Assembly (NCBI RefSeq): GCF_003334815.1
Contig: NZ_QOWO01000005.1
Source: Escherichia coli
Lineage (GTDB): Bacteria > Pseudomonadota > Gammaproteobacteria > Enterobacterales > Enterobacteriaceae
Length of the DNA: 64,000 nt
Strand: one strand, 5' to 3'
A model generated the notes under the pieces. That model made no database searches and was not told the DNA's origin. It saw only the letters and a list, made by a program, of their open reading frames with translations. Below, piece after piece: positions 56,264 to 64,000 of the stretch. The translations under genes and the position numbers were made by a program. Each line of letters begins with the position of its first letter. Position 1 is the first letter of the stretch.

Positions 56264-57379
56264 TCAGGCCGCCACTTCGGTGCGGTTACGTCCGGCTTTC
56301 TTTGCTTTGTAAAGCGCCAAATCTGCCGATTTCAACCACTCACGATAGTGACTCATTTGTGGGTTCAGCGGCGCAACCCCCACACTAATCCGTAAAGTTA
56401 CCTGTGGCGTATTCGGCAAACGTAATGTATTTAGCCCTTCATGCACCCGTAACATGGCGGTAATGGCGCTCTCAGCTGGCGTACCGGACATGATTACTGC
56501 AAACTCATCGCCGCCAAACCGACCAATCACATCGCTACCGCGCAGGGTAATTTGTAACTGTCGGGTAAGCGCCACAATCGCTTCATCGCCCACATCATGG
56601 CCCCAGGTATCGTTGATGCTCTTGAAATGGTCGATATCGATAATCAGTAACGTTGCATCGCGATTATGCCGCCGACAGTTATCAAATTCATTGCGTAACA
56701 TAGTTTCCCAATGACGTCGGTTATACACGCCCGTCATGCCGTCGCGGGTACTCATGACCTGCAACCTGCGTTTATGTTCCGCCAGTTTGGTTGCCGTCTG
56801 GTAGCTGACCCAGCCAAACAGCAGAGGATAAATGACAATAATGGGAAGGGAGAGCCACCATTCCAGCGGCGCACTATTGAACGACACGGTAATGCCCGTC
56901 AGCTCGAGGGTGACAAGGCAGGAAACCACCATCAACACCAGACCCGCGACAAACAGACGGGGGCCGCCTGCCCCCATCAAATTCAGACACATAATCATCA
57001 ACATCGCGGTGGAAGGCAGCACGTTTACGCCCATTACGCCTACCCACATTCCCGCTAATACTGCATCGGTTTTTAAGTTGTAAATTTCCCGGCTAAGCGG
57101 ATCGACGGCCCTGCTCGCTATCTGCCAGGCTAAATGCGGCCAGACGAACGCCCAGCCGACCAACACCAGCCACCACCAGCCCGGCGGCGGGTGTGAAACC
57201 AGCGTTGAAGCAATCGGTAAGAACATGCCAGCCAGGCCAACCGCACGGGGTAGTCTGACGCGACGGGCGAAGCGCAGCCCGGACCGCTGATGTTCGTTTT
57301 GAGGAGTTAAAGGAGGTTCCTCCCCGTGCGCCGCCGCTTTTTTGAAAAAGTTTTCATCATTCATTATTTTTGGGAACAT
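56264..57379 (-). CDS. dgcC: Diguanylate cyclase DgcC (AdrA/YaiC), MASE2 membrane domain plus GGDEF
   Basis: 371-aa ORF with N-terminal TM helices and C-terminal GGDEF motif (RFGGDEFAVI). Confidence 0.95.
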   Translation of the reverse strand: MFPKIMNDENFFKKAAAHGEEPPLTPQNEHQRSGLRFARRVRLPRAVGLAGMFLPIASTLVSHPPPGWWWLVLVGWAFVWPHLAWQIASRAVDPLSREIYNLKTDAVLAGMWVGVMGVNVLPSTAMLMIMCLNLMGAGGPRLFVAGLVLMVVSCLVTLELTGITVSFNSAPLEWWLSLPIIVIYPLLFGWVSYQTATKLAEHKRRLQVMSTRDGMTGVYNRRHWETMLRNEFDNCRRHNRDATLLIIDIDHFKSINDTWGHDVGDEAIVALTRQLQITLRGSDVIGRFGGDEFAVIMSGTPAESAITAMLRVHEGLNTLRLPNTPQVTLRISVGVAPLNPQMSHYREWLKSADLALYKAKKAGRNRTEVAA

Positions 57380-57480
57380 TCAGAAACAATTTTCCCAAAT
57401 TATAGAGACGGAGCTAAAGGCAGAAGTATGATATTTCGGGTGAGCCATTTTCGTAGCTCACCCGTTAGCACTATCAGGTA

Positions 57481-57801
57481 TCAGGCGGCTTTCTTGAGGC
57501 AGGCACTCATAAACTTATTACGATCATCACCTTTCAGAGATTGTTGTGTTGCTTGATTATTGCATTCGCGCATCTTTTGCTGCTGTGGCGTCAAACTTTT
57601 TTCGCCAGGCGCAGACTTGCTGTTCTTCAGGCAATCACTCATGTAGGTCTTACGAGCATCCCCTTTCAACGCCTGCGCCGTCGCCTGCTGATTACAGGAG
57701 GTCATACGCTGTTGTTGTGGGGTTAAAGTTCTCTCGGCAGCGCCGACGGTGGTTAAAAAAACCAGACCGAAAAGCAAGGTAACCAGTAATGTTATTTTCA
57801 T
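57481..57801 (-). CDS. psiF: PsiF phosphate-starvation-inducible protein
   Basis: Track ORF to 57819; trimmed to MKITLLVTLLFGLVFLTTVGA (106 aa; signal peptide plus two tandem Cys-containing repeats). Confidence 0.93.
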   Translation of the reverse strand: MKITLLVTLLFGLVFLTTVGAAERTLTPQQQRMTSCNQQATAQALKGDARKTYMSDCLKNSKSAPGEKSLTPQQQKMRECNNQATQQSLKGDDRNKFMSACLKKAA

Positions 57802-57876
57802 AGCACCATCCCTCTTCATGTTTTAACCATGAGCGTATGCGCCCGTGATCTGCCATTAAGTCTGGTTGCTAACAGC

Positions 57877-57912
57877 AAAAAAACCACCCGGCAGCGAAAA
57901 TTCACTGCCGGG
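57877..57912 (-). terminator. Intrinsic terminator after phoA (between phoA and psiF)
   Basis: CCCGGCAG-cgaaaattca-CTGCCGGG stem with U-run on minus strand, immediately after phoA stop. Confidence 0.7.
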
Positions 57913-57919
57913 CGCGGTT

Positions 57920-59335
57920 TTATTTCAGCCCCAGAGCGGCTTTCATGGTGTAGAAGAGATCGGTCTGGTCGGTCAGTCCAACAACATTGGCGGCATGCGG
58001 GCCATACGCCGCAATACGCAACTGACTGCCGGTATGTTCTTGTGAATCCTCTTCGGAGTTCCCGTAACTCATCACCATCACTGCGCCATCTTTGGTATTT
58101 AGCGCCTGGGTGAGGCCCGGAGCTTTGGTATCCGGCGCAACAATCTGGCTGGCGTGGGCGTGATCAGCGGTGACTATGACCAGCGTGTTACCCTCCTTTT
58201 TAGCGAATTCCAGCGCCCGTTGTACGGCTTCATCGAGATCGACCGTCTCGCCAATTTGCCCACAAGGATTCGCAGCATGATCCTGTTTATCGATTGACGC
58301 ACCTTCAACTTGCAGGAAAAAGCCTTTCTCATTTTTACTCAACAATTCAATGGCTTTGTCGGTCATCTGCGCCAGGGTTGGTACACTGTCATTACGTTGC
58401 GGATTTGGCGTACAGGTGACTGCGGGCTTATCGATATTGCCATGGTACGTTGCTTTCGGTCCTAGCCAGCGCACTGGCATATTGCCGTCAGCAAACAGGC
58501 CAAGCAGGGGTTTTTGCTGATTCGCTTCCGTCACCGAATTCAGTGAGGCAGCATCGCTCACCAACTGATAACCACGCGCCTGTGCCTGTTCACGCAGCGT
58601 TTTTCCCTGCCATTCACCAGCGGTTGCCGTTTCAGCAAAGGTTTTTGCGCCGCCGCCAAGCGTAACGTCGGCACGAGCGTTAAGCAGCTGTTCGGTAATC
58701 GATCCTTTTCCGCCTTTTTCCAGAGCGTTACCCGGACATTTTTCACTGGTCGCGCTCGGACCGTAGCATTTGCGCGAGGTCACATGTGCCACCAGCGCAG
58801 CGGGCGTGGCATCCTGCAACTCTGCGGTAGAAACGTTACCGGTCGCCAGACCTGCGGCTTTTGCCATTTCCAGAATCGTTGGGTGATCTTTTTCGTGAAT
58901 ATCGACGCCCAGCGCGCCGTTATAGGTTTTGACACCGGTTGACCAGGCGGTTGCTGATGCAGCCGAGTCGGTGACGTAGTCCGGTTTGCCGGTTTTTTTA
59001 TTCAGCGCATAGTGAGTGTATTGCCCGGTAAGCGGTAAGGCATCTATACCTTTAAAAAAGCCGCCCGCACCTTCGGCATAATTACGTGCGGCAGTAATTT
59101 CCGAGTCCCCCATCCCATCGCCAATCAGCAAAATAATATTTTTTGCAGGTTTATCGCTAAGAGAATCACGCAGAGCGGCAGTCTGATCACCCGTTAAACG
59201 GCGAGCACCGCCGGGTGCAGTAATATCGCCCTGAGCAGCCCGGTTTTCCAGAACAGGCATTTCTGGTGTCCGGGCTTTTGTCACAGGGGTAAACAGTAAC
59301 GGTAAGAGTGCCAGTGCAATAGTGCTTTGTTTCAC
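57920..59335 (-). CDS. phoA: Alkaline phosphatase
   Basis: Track ORF to 59404; conserved start (M)[20 protein letters not shown] is GTG at 59335 (471 aa); active-site DSAASATAW. Confidence 0.97.
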   Translation of the reverse strand: MKQSTIALALLPLLFTPVTKARTPEMPVLENRAAQGDITAPGGARRLTGDQTAALRDSLSDKPAKNIILLIGDGMGDSEITAARNYAEGAGGFFKGIDALPLTGQYTHYALNKKTGKPDYVTDSAASATAWSTGVKTYNGALGVDIHEKDHPTILEMAKAAGLATGNVSTAELQDATPAALVAHVTSRKCYGPSATSEKCPGNALEKGGKGSITEQLLNARADVTLGGGAKTFAETATAGEWQGKTLREQAQARGYQLVSDAASLNSVTEANQQKPLLGLFADGNMPVRWLGPKATYHGNIDKPAVTCTPNPQRNDSVPTLAQMTDKAIELLSKNEKGFFLQVEGASIDKQDHAANPCGQIGETVDLDEAVQRALEFAKKEGNTLVIVTADHAHASQIVAPDTKAPGLTQALNTKDGAVMVMSYGNSEEDSQEHTGSQLRIAAYGPHAANVVGLTDQTDLFYTMKAALGLK

Positions 59336-59397
59336 TTTATTTTCTCCATGTACAAATACATTAAAAAATAAAAACAAAGCGACTATAAGTCTCGGCC

Positions 59398-59415
59398 GTG
59401 ACAACTTTATGACAG
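59398..59415 (-). promoter_or_regulatory. Pho box of the phoA promoter
   Basis: Minus strand CTGTCATAAAGTTGTCAC, about 60-80 bp upstream of the phoA start. Confidence 0.9.
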
Positions 59416-59435
59416 CTGTTGAAAAGATTAACTTT

Positions 59436-59696
59436 TTACTGACGAGGATGCTTCAATAACTTCTTTACGTAATCGCGCAGCAGCTCCGTATCGTCGTCAG
59501 GAATGCTGGCATCGGGCTTTACCTCGTACAGCGCCCCCTCTACCTGATCAATCAACCGCTGTTGGTCATTTTGCGCCATATTGCGAAGCATTGCAGTGAC
59601 GATAATCTCCAAAGCTTCTACCTGCGCACACAGTTCTTTCGACTCTTCTTCTTTTTGGGCAAGCTTAAATAACAACTCAGCAATGAGATTTTTCAT
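59436..59696 (-). CDS. iraP: IraP anti-adaptor protein (stabilises RpoS during phosphate starvation)
   Basis: 86-aa [36 protein letters not shown]. Confidence 0.93.
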
Positions 59697-60158
59697 GTCT
59701 GTATTTCCTTATCCAAAGTATGGAGAAGTTAACATTATGTTTCACAACTTCATAGTGTCTGGAAGTATTATTTTTATGACAAAGGAAATACTTTGCGCAA
59801 ATATTTTTTGTTTGATTACCAGCGAAACGTTTCTCTTATTTAAATAATTACCCACACAAAATATAGGCTTTTAATTATCAACCTTTATTATAAATAAAAG
59901 TTATGAAATATATTCTCTTCGTTAACTTATAATTAAGAGAAAAAAACTCACCGCATGGCCATTTAAGCCAGGAATAAATTAGCTTCCCGTTCATCATTTT
60001 TGTGATCTTGCGCACATCTTTGAGATAACGCACTTTCTTCACCAGTACGTTGCACGCTTTGTCAGCAGAAGATTGCAACAATCTTTCAGAAGGCCGCGAA
60101 TCCCCCGTTTTGTCGTGGTAATGTATGCACTTTGTGTTAGACGGGATAGGTTTTTAAG

Positions 60159-61253
60159 ATGGAAAAACTGCGGGTAGGAATCGTTTTTGGTGGTAAATCA
60201 GCGGAACATGAAGTGTCTCTGCAATCGGCAAAAAACATTGTCGATGCCATTGATAAAAGTCGCTTCGACGTTGTGCTGCTGGGCATTGATAAACAAGGGC
60301 AATGGCACGTCAGCGATGCCAGCAATTATCTGCTAAATGCAGACGATCCTGCCCATATTGCGTTGCGCCCTTCGGCGACCAGCCTTGCGCAGGTGCCAGG
60401 TAAACATGAGCATCAGCTTATCGACGCGCAAAACGGTCAGCCGTTGCCGACGGTGGATGTCATTTTCCCGATTGTCCACGGTACGCTGGGCGAAGATGGT
60501 TCCTTGCAGGGAATGCTGCGGGTCGCCAATTTACCGTTTGTAGGTTCTGATGTTCTGGCTTCAGCAGCCTGTATGGACAAAGATGTCACCAAACGTCTGC
60601 TACGCGATGCCGGGCTGAACATTGCGCCATTTATTACCCTGACGCGCGCCAATCGTCACAACATTAGTTTTGCCGAAGTGGAGTCTAAACTGGGGTTACC
60701 ACTGTTTGTAAAACCGGCTAATCAGGGCTCTTCTGTTGGTGTCAGCAAAGTAACCAGTGAAGAACAGTACGCAATTGCCGTCGATCTGGCGTTCGAGTTC
60801 GATCATAAAGTGATCGTTGAGCAAGGGATCAAAGGTCGTGAGATCGAATGCGCAGTTCTGGGCAACGACAATCCGCAAGCCAGCACCTGTGGAGAGATCG
60901 TACTCACCAGCGATTTCTATGCCTACGACACCAAGTACATTGACGAAGATGGCGCGAAAGTGGTAGTTCCGGCAGCCATTGCGCCAGAAATCAACGATAA
61001 GATCCGGGCGATTGCCGTTCAGGCTTATCAAACGTTGGGATGCGCAGGCATGGCGCGTGTAGACGTGTTTTTAACCCCAGAGAACGAAGTGGTGATCAAC
61101 GAGATCAACACCCTGCCTGGCTTCACTAATATCAGTATGTATCCGAAGCTGTGGCAAGCCAGCGGTCTGGGTTACACCGATCTGATCACACGTTTGATTG
61201 AACTGGCGCTGGAGCGTCACGCTGCGGATAACGCATTGAAAACCACAATGTAA
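60159..61253 (+). CDS. ddlA: D-alanine--D-alanine ligase A
   Basis: 364-aa [34 protein letters not shown]; ATP-grasp fold. Confidence 0.97.
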   Translation: MEKLRVGIVFGGKSAEHEVSLQSAKNIVDAIDKSRFDVVLLGIDKQGQWHVSDASNYLLNADDPAHIALRPSATSLAQVPGKHEHQLIDAQNGQPLPTVDVIFPIVHGTLGEDGSLQGMLRVANLPFVGSDVLASAACMDKDVTKRLLRDAGLNIAPFITLTRANRHNISFAEVESKLGLPLFVKPANQGSSVGVSKVTSEEQYAIAVDLAFEFDHKVIVEQGIKGREIECAVLGNDNPQASTCGEIVLTSDFYAYDTKYIDEDGAKVVVPAAIAPEINDKIRAIAVQAYQTLGCAGMARVDVFLTPENEVVINEINTLPGFTNISMYPKLWQASGLGYTDLITRLIELALERHAADNALKTTM

Positions 61254-61254
61254 T

Positions 61255-61292
61255 ATTTTAACGCCCGATAATATTCTTATTGGGCGTTTTCA
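61255..61292. terminator. Bidirectional hairpin between convergent ddlA and yaiZ
   Basis: AACGCCC-gataatattcttatt-GGGCGTT stem followed by TTT; overlaps yaiZ 3' end. Confidence 0.5.
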
Positions 61293-61489
61293 GTTTCTTC
61301 ATCGCGACGACGAATAATCAACCCCGCCAGCCAGAAACTAATCACCCACGTCACCAGACCGACGGCATAGGTCTGCCAACCTTTTGCTTCAAATCCCAGT
61401 AACCCCACCACGCCATTAAGAATGAATATAAGGCCAATGGCGAACGCATAGTAGTGCCAGTCACGGCGGATTTTTACAGGCAGATTCAT
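61277..61489 (-). CDS. yaiZ: YaiZ small inner-membrane protein (DUF2754)
   Basis: Track ORF to 61621; trimmed to MNLPVKIRRDWHYYAFAIGLIFILNGVVGLLGFEAKGW (70 aa, two TM segments). Confidence 0.75.
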   Translation of the reverse strand: MNLPVKIRRDWHYYAFAIGLIFILNGVVGLLGFEAKGWQTYAVGLVTWVISFWLAGLIIRRRDEETENAQ

Positions 61490-61748
61490 GGCAGCTCCGT
61501 TAACGAAAAACAACATCCTTGCATATTCTGCAACAACCGTCTGTGGTGTAGACAACATTTTCGTAATTGTTAATAAATTTAACTTAAGGTTGCCATTTTG
61601 TGACTCACAACGAAGATTCACGCTTCGGGAATATTCCCAACATCAATTTACCATGATTCTGATATTGACAATCTAAATGACCTGTCAGACTTGCCATAAG
61701 CCGCTGGTATCACACCAGAAGAGAAGCAGATGACTTCCGGAGGTTTTT

Positions 61749-62057
61749 ATGGCTGATTTCACCCTGTCAAAATCGCTGTTTAGCGGAAAATATCGCAATG
61801 CCTCTTCAACGCCTGGCAACATTGCCTATGCGTTGTTTGTGCTGTTTTGCTTTTGGGCTGGGGCGCAATTGCTGAACCTGTTAGTGCATGCGCCCGGCGT
61901 CTATGAGCGTTTAATGCAGGTCCAGGAAACAGGTCGCCCACGGGTGGAAATTGGTTTAGGTGTCGGCACCATTTTCGGGCTGATCCCGTTTTTAGTAGGC
62001 TGCCTCATTTTTGCAGTGGTGGCGCTATGGCTGCACTGGCGACATCGCCGCCAGTAA
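61749..62057 (+). CDS. yaiY: YaiY inner-membrane protein (DUF2755)
   Basis: 102-aa [41 protein letters not shown]. Confidence 0.85.
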
Positions 62058-62067
62058 GTTTTACATT

Positions 62068-62103
62068 GTCAGATGCGGCCTGAAACGCCTTATCTGGCCT
62101 GAC
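62068..62103. repeat. Degenerate REP-like palindrome between yaiY and yaiW
   Basis: cagatgcggcctgaaacgccttatctggcctgacat. Confidence 0.45.
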
Positions 62104-62115
62104 ATTCCTGTTTGA

Positions 62116-63210
62116 TCACTGTTTCATACAACGCGCCCGCCGTTCGTCTACGCGCTTCGCAAACCAGGCCGTAGTCAGGTTGCGGGTGATTTTCGGGCTT
62201 TCCAGTTGAATGCCAGGCAACATTTCGCGGGGGAGTGATTTACCCGTTTTCGTTTCGGCAAGTTGATAAACTTTCTTGTACAGCGCCGTCTCCTCAAAAG
62301 AGAAGCTGTCACCTTTCTCTAACTGACGGCGAATTTCGCTGTCGCTCATCCCCAGTTTTGCAGCCAGTTTGCGCGTTGCCAGTTCGGTTTTCCCGGGTTC
62401 TTTACTGTCGTAACGAATTAAATCACCGTCCAGTGCCAGCTTCACGCCGCTGGCCTTACTGACCGCGTTCTGAAACGCGGCATTACGGCTGGCGTACCAG
62501 CCAGCGTTAAAATCAGCAAAACGGTATATCGGTGCGCTATAACTGGCGGGATAATTCAGTAAATGGTAAGTACCAAACCACAACCCGCCGCGGCGACTGA
62601 AGACTTCCTGACGGACTGTACCGTCCATTTTCCACGGATACCCTTTGGTATGCTGTTCGGCAAAAGCAATGCTGACCTGCATCGGCCCACCGGTGCGCAC
62701 CGGATTGAGCGAACCAAACAGCGTCTGCCCCATTGGCACCATGTTGATCAGATCGTCAAAAATCGCGCTCAATTGCTTTTCTGTACGCACCGAATCTAAC
62801 CGTTCGCTATAACTTTTGCCGTTTGGCGATTTGATTTTTAGCGCGGTATGAACCAGAAAAGCAGGAATGTGCATCCGTTCAGCACGACGGTCAATCTCTT
62901 GCCAGGCGATCTTGCTTAAGCCCGGAACGGCCGGATCTGCCTGATAATTTGACTCCTGCTGCGCCACCGCCAGCACCGAGCAGACGTTTTCCAGCGTCGG
63001 TGCCAGCCCCTGACTTTCAAAGGTGGTGGCGAGATCTTTCGCCCAGGCATCGCGGTCTTTCACGCTCGCAGGCATCTTCTGCCGCACGACGCTCGCTACA
63101 TCTATCGCTTTTTCGCCCTTTTTCAACGGTTGCGGAGCCTGACTACTACACCCCGCTAAAACCAGAACCGCCAACAATGACAGCGAAGATAGAGGATTGA
63201 CGCGCGACAT
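62116..63210 (-). CDS. yaiW: YaiW outer-membrane lipoprotein (DUF1615)
   Basis: 364-aa ORF MSRVNPLSSLSLLAVLVLAGCSSQAPQP (lipobox LAGC). Confidence 0.92.
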   Translation of the reverse strand: MSRVNPLSSLSLLAVLVLAGCSSQAPQPLKKGEKAIDVASVVRQKMPASVKDRDAWAKDLATTFESQGLAPTLENVCSVLAVAQQESNYQADPAVPGLSKIAWQEIDRRAERMHIPAFLVHTALKIKSPNGKSYSERLDSVRTEKQLSAIFDDLINMVPMGQTLFGSLNPVRTGGPMQVSIAFAEQHTKGYPWKMDGTVRQEVFSRRGGLWFGTYHLLNYPASYSAPIYRFADFNAGWYASRNAAFQNAVSKASGVKLALDGDLIRYDSKEPGKTELATRKLAAKLGMSDSEIRRQLEKGDSFSFEETALYKKVYQLAETKTGKSLPREMLPGIQLESPKITRNLTTAWFAKRVDERRARCMKQ

Positions 63211-63222
63211 TACTTCTCCTTT

Positions 63223-64000
63223 TTAGCTCAAGGTATGGGTTACTTCCTGAATTTTGTCACCATCCAGCTCATGTTCAAAGCTGCGCAGACGTTTGTAGAT
63301 AGACATCAACTCAACCAGTGTGGTCCATGAGTTAATCAGGTACTGGAAAGCACCGCGAACCTGACCAAAAACGTTGGTAATCTGCGTCATCAGGCCGAGC
63401 GTAATCGTACCGGCAACAATTGACGGAAACAGCAAGAACAAACCGAAAACGTTATCGACCTGCAAATAGAGAATGCGGGCGATGTTGAAATACATATAGT
63501 GAAAATAGAGGCGGAAATAGTTTTTCCGTACGGCGCTAAACAGCTCGCGTACCGTAGGCGGCGTCGCGCGCGTGGCATCGTCTTCACCATAAACCAGCTC
63601 TTTACGGTAGGCAGCCTCTACACGCTGGTTTTTAAACTCCAGCCCCGGCAGTTTGATCCCTACCACTGCCAGCAATCCGGTCCCCATCAGCGACCAGACG
63701 ATTGCGGCAATCACCAGACCATACGGAATGTGCCCGATAATCGGCAGCTCCGGCACATGCGCGGAGAGCGTTACCAGCACCGGCAGGAAGGCGATCAACG
63801 TCATGATGGCGTTGATAAAACTGACGCCCATATTCTCCAGCGTTGAAGCAAAACGCATGGTGTCTTCCTGCACACGCTGTGCGGCCCCTTCGATATGACG
63901 CAGTTGTTGCCAGTTCGCCATGTAATATTCGTTCATCGCTGTACGCCAGCGGAACACGTAGTGACTGACAAAGAAGTTGTTCAGCACACTGATCACCACA
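63223..64000 (-). CDS. sbmA: SbmA peptide antibiotic / microcin transporter (partial; N-terminus beyond window end)
   Basis: Reading frame open to the window edge; C-terminal ...[48 protein letters not shown]; followed 12 bp later by yaiW. Confidence 0.92.
   Translation of the reverse strand, partial: VVISVLNNFFVSHYVFRWRTAMNEYYMANWQQLRHIEGAAQRVQEDTMRFASTLENMGVSFINAIMTLIAFLPVLVTLSAHVPELPIIGHIPYGLVIAAIVWSLMGTGLLAVVGIKLPGLEFKNQRVEAAYRKELVYGEDDATRATPPTVRELFSAVRKNYFRLYFHYMYFNIARILYLQVDNVFGLFLLFPSIVAGTITLGLMTQITNVFGQVRGAFQYLINSWTTLVELMSIYKRLRSFEHELDGDKIQEVTHTLS

Noticed and set aside
57438-57463. GGGTGAGC/GCTCACCC hairpin downstream of psiF as an intrinsic terminator
   Set aside because: Perfect 8-bp stem but no adjacent U-run on either strand; cannot be called a Rho-independent terminator from sequence alone.
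59878-60081. 67-codon minus-strand ORF in the iraP-ddlA spacer
   Set aside because: Lies in very AT-rich promoter DNA, K/I/Y/F-rich low-complexity translation, no ribosome-binding site; not credible as a gene without expression data.

Overview
This window is recognisable gene for gene as the Escherichia coli K-12-type core chromosome between sbmA and lon, given in reverse orientation to the conventional map. I do not see a previously undescribed system; this is an ordinary, densely packed housekeeping region. Gene order along the window: sbmA (partial, at the far end), yaiW, yaiY, yaiZ, ddlA, iraP, phoA-psiF, dgcC(adrA), proC, yaiI, aroL-yaiA-aroM, ppnP, ykiA, rdgC, mak, araJ, sbcDC, phoBR, brnQ-proY, malZ, acpH, queA-tgt-yajC-secDF, yajD, tsx, yajI, nrdR-ribD-ribE-nusB-thiL-pgpA, yajO, dxs-ispA-xseB, thiI, yajL-panE, yajQ, yajR, cyoABCDE, ampG-yajG, bolA, tig, clpP-clpX, lon (partial, at the start). 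All 62 protein genes were called from the supplied six-frame translations; where the track ORF begins at an upstream in-frame codon I trimmed to the start that gives the conserved N-terminus. I found no tRNA, rRNA, IS element, prophage, integrase, CRISPR array or accessory island. Non-coding content is REP/BIME palindromic repeats, one ERIC element, intrinsic terminators, Pho boxes, TyrR boxes and one sRNA candidate. The observation most worth checking is an apparent extra 11-bp unit in the phoB Pho-box array in the phoB-sbcD divergent region; it rests partly on my recollection of the reference sequence and needs an alignment. Lesser items: the ERIC element between dxs and yajO, whose perfect 13-bp flanking inverted repeat includes the yajO Shine-Dalgarno; direct repeats and a 36-codon ORF in the brnQ-phoR spacer; and a tandemly duplicated BIME between araJ and mak. 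Coordinates of non-coding features are hand-counted and may be off by a few bases.
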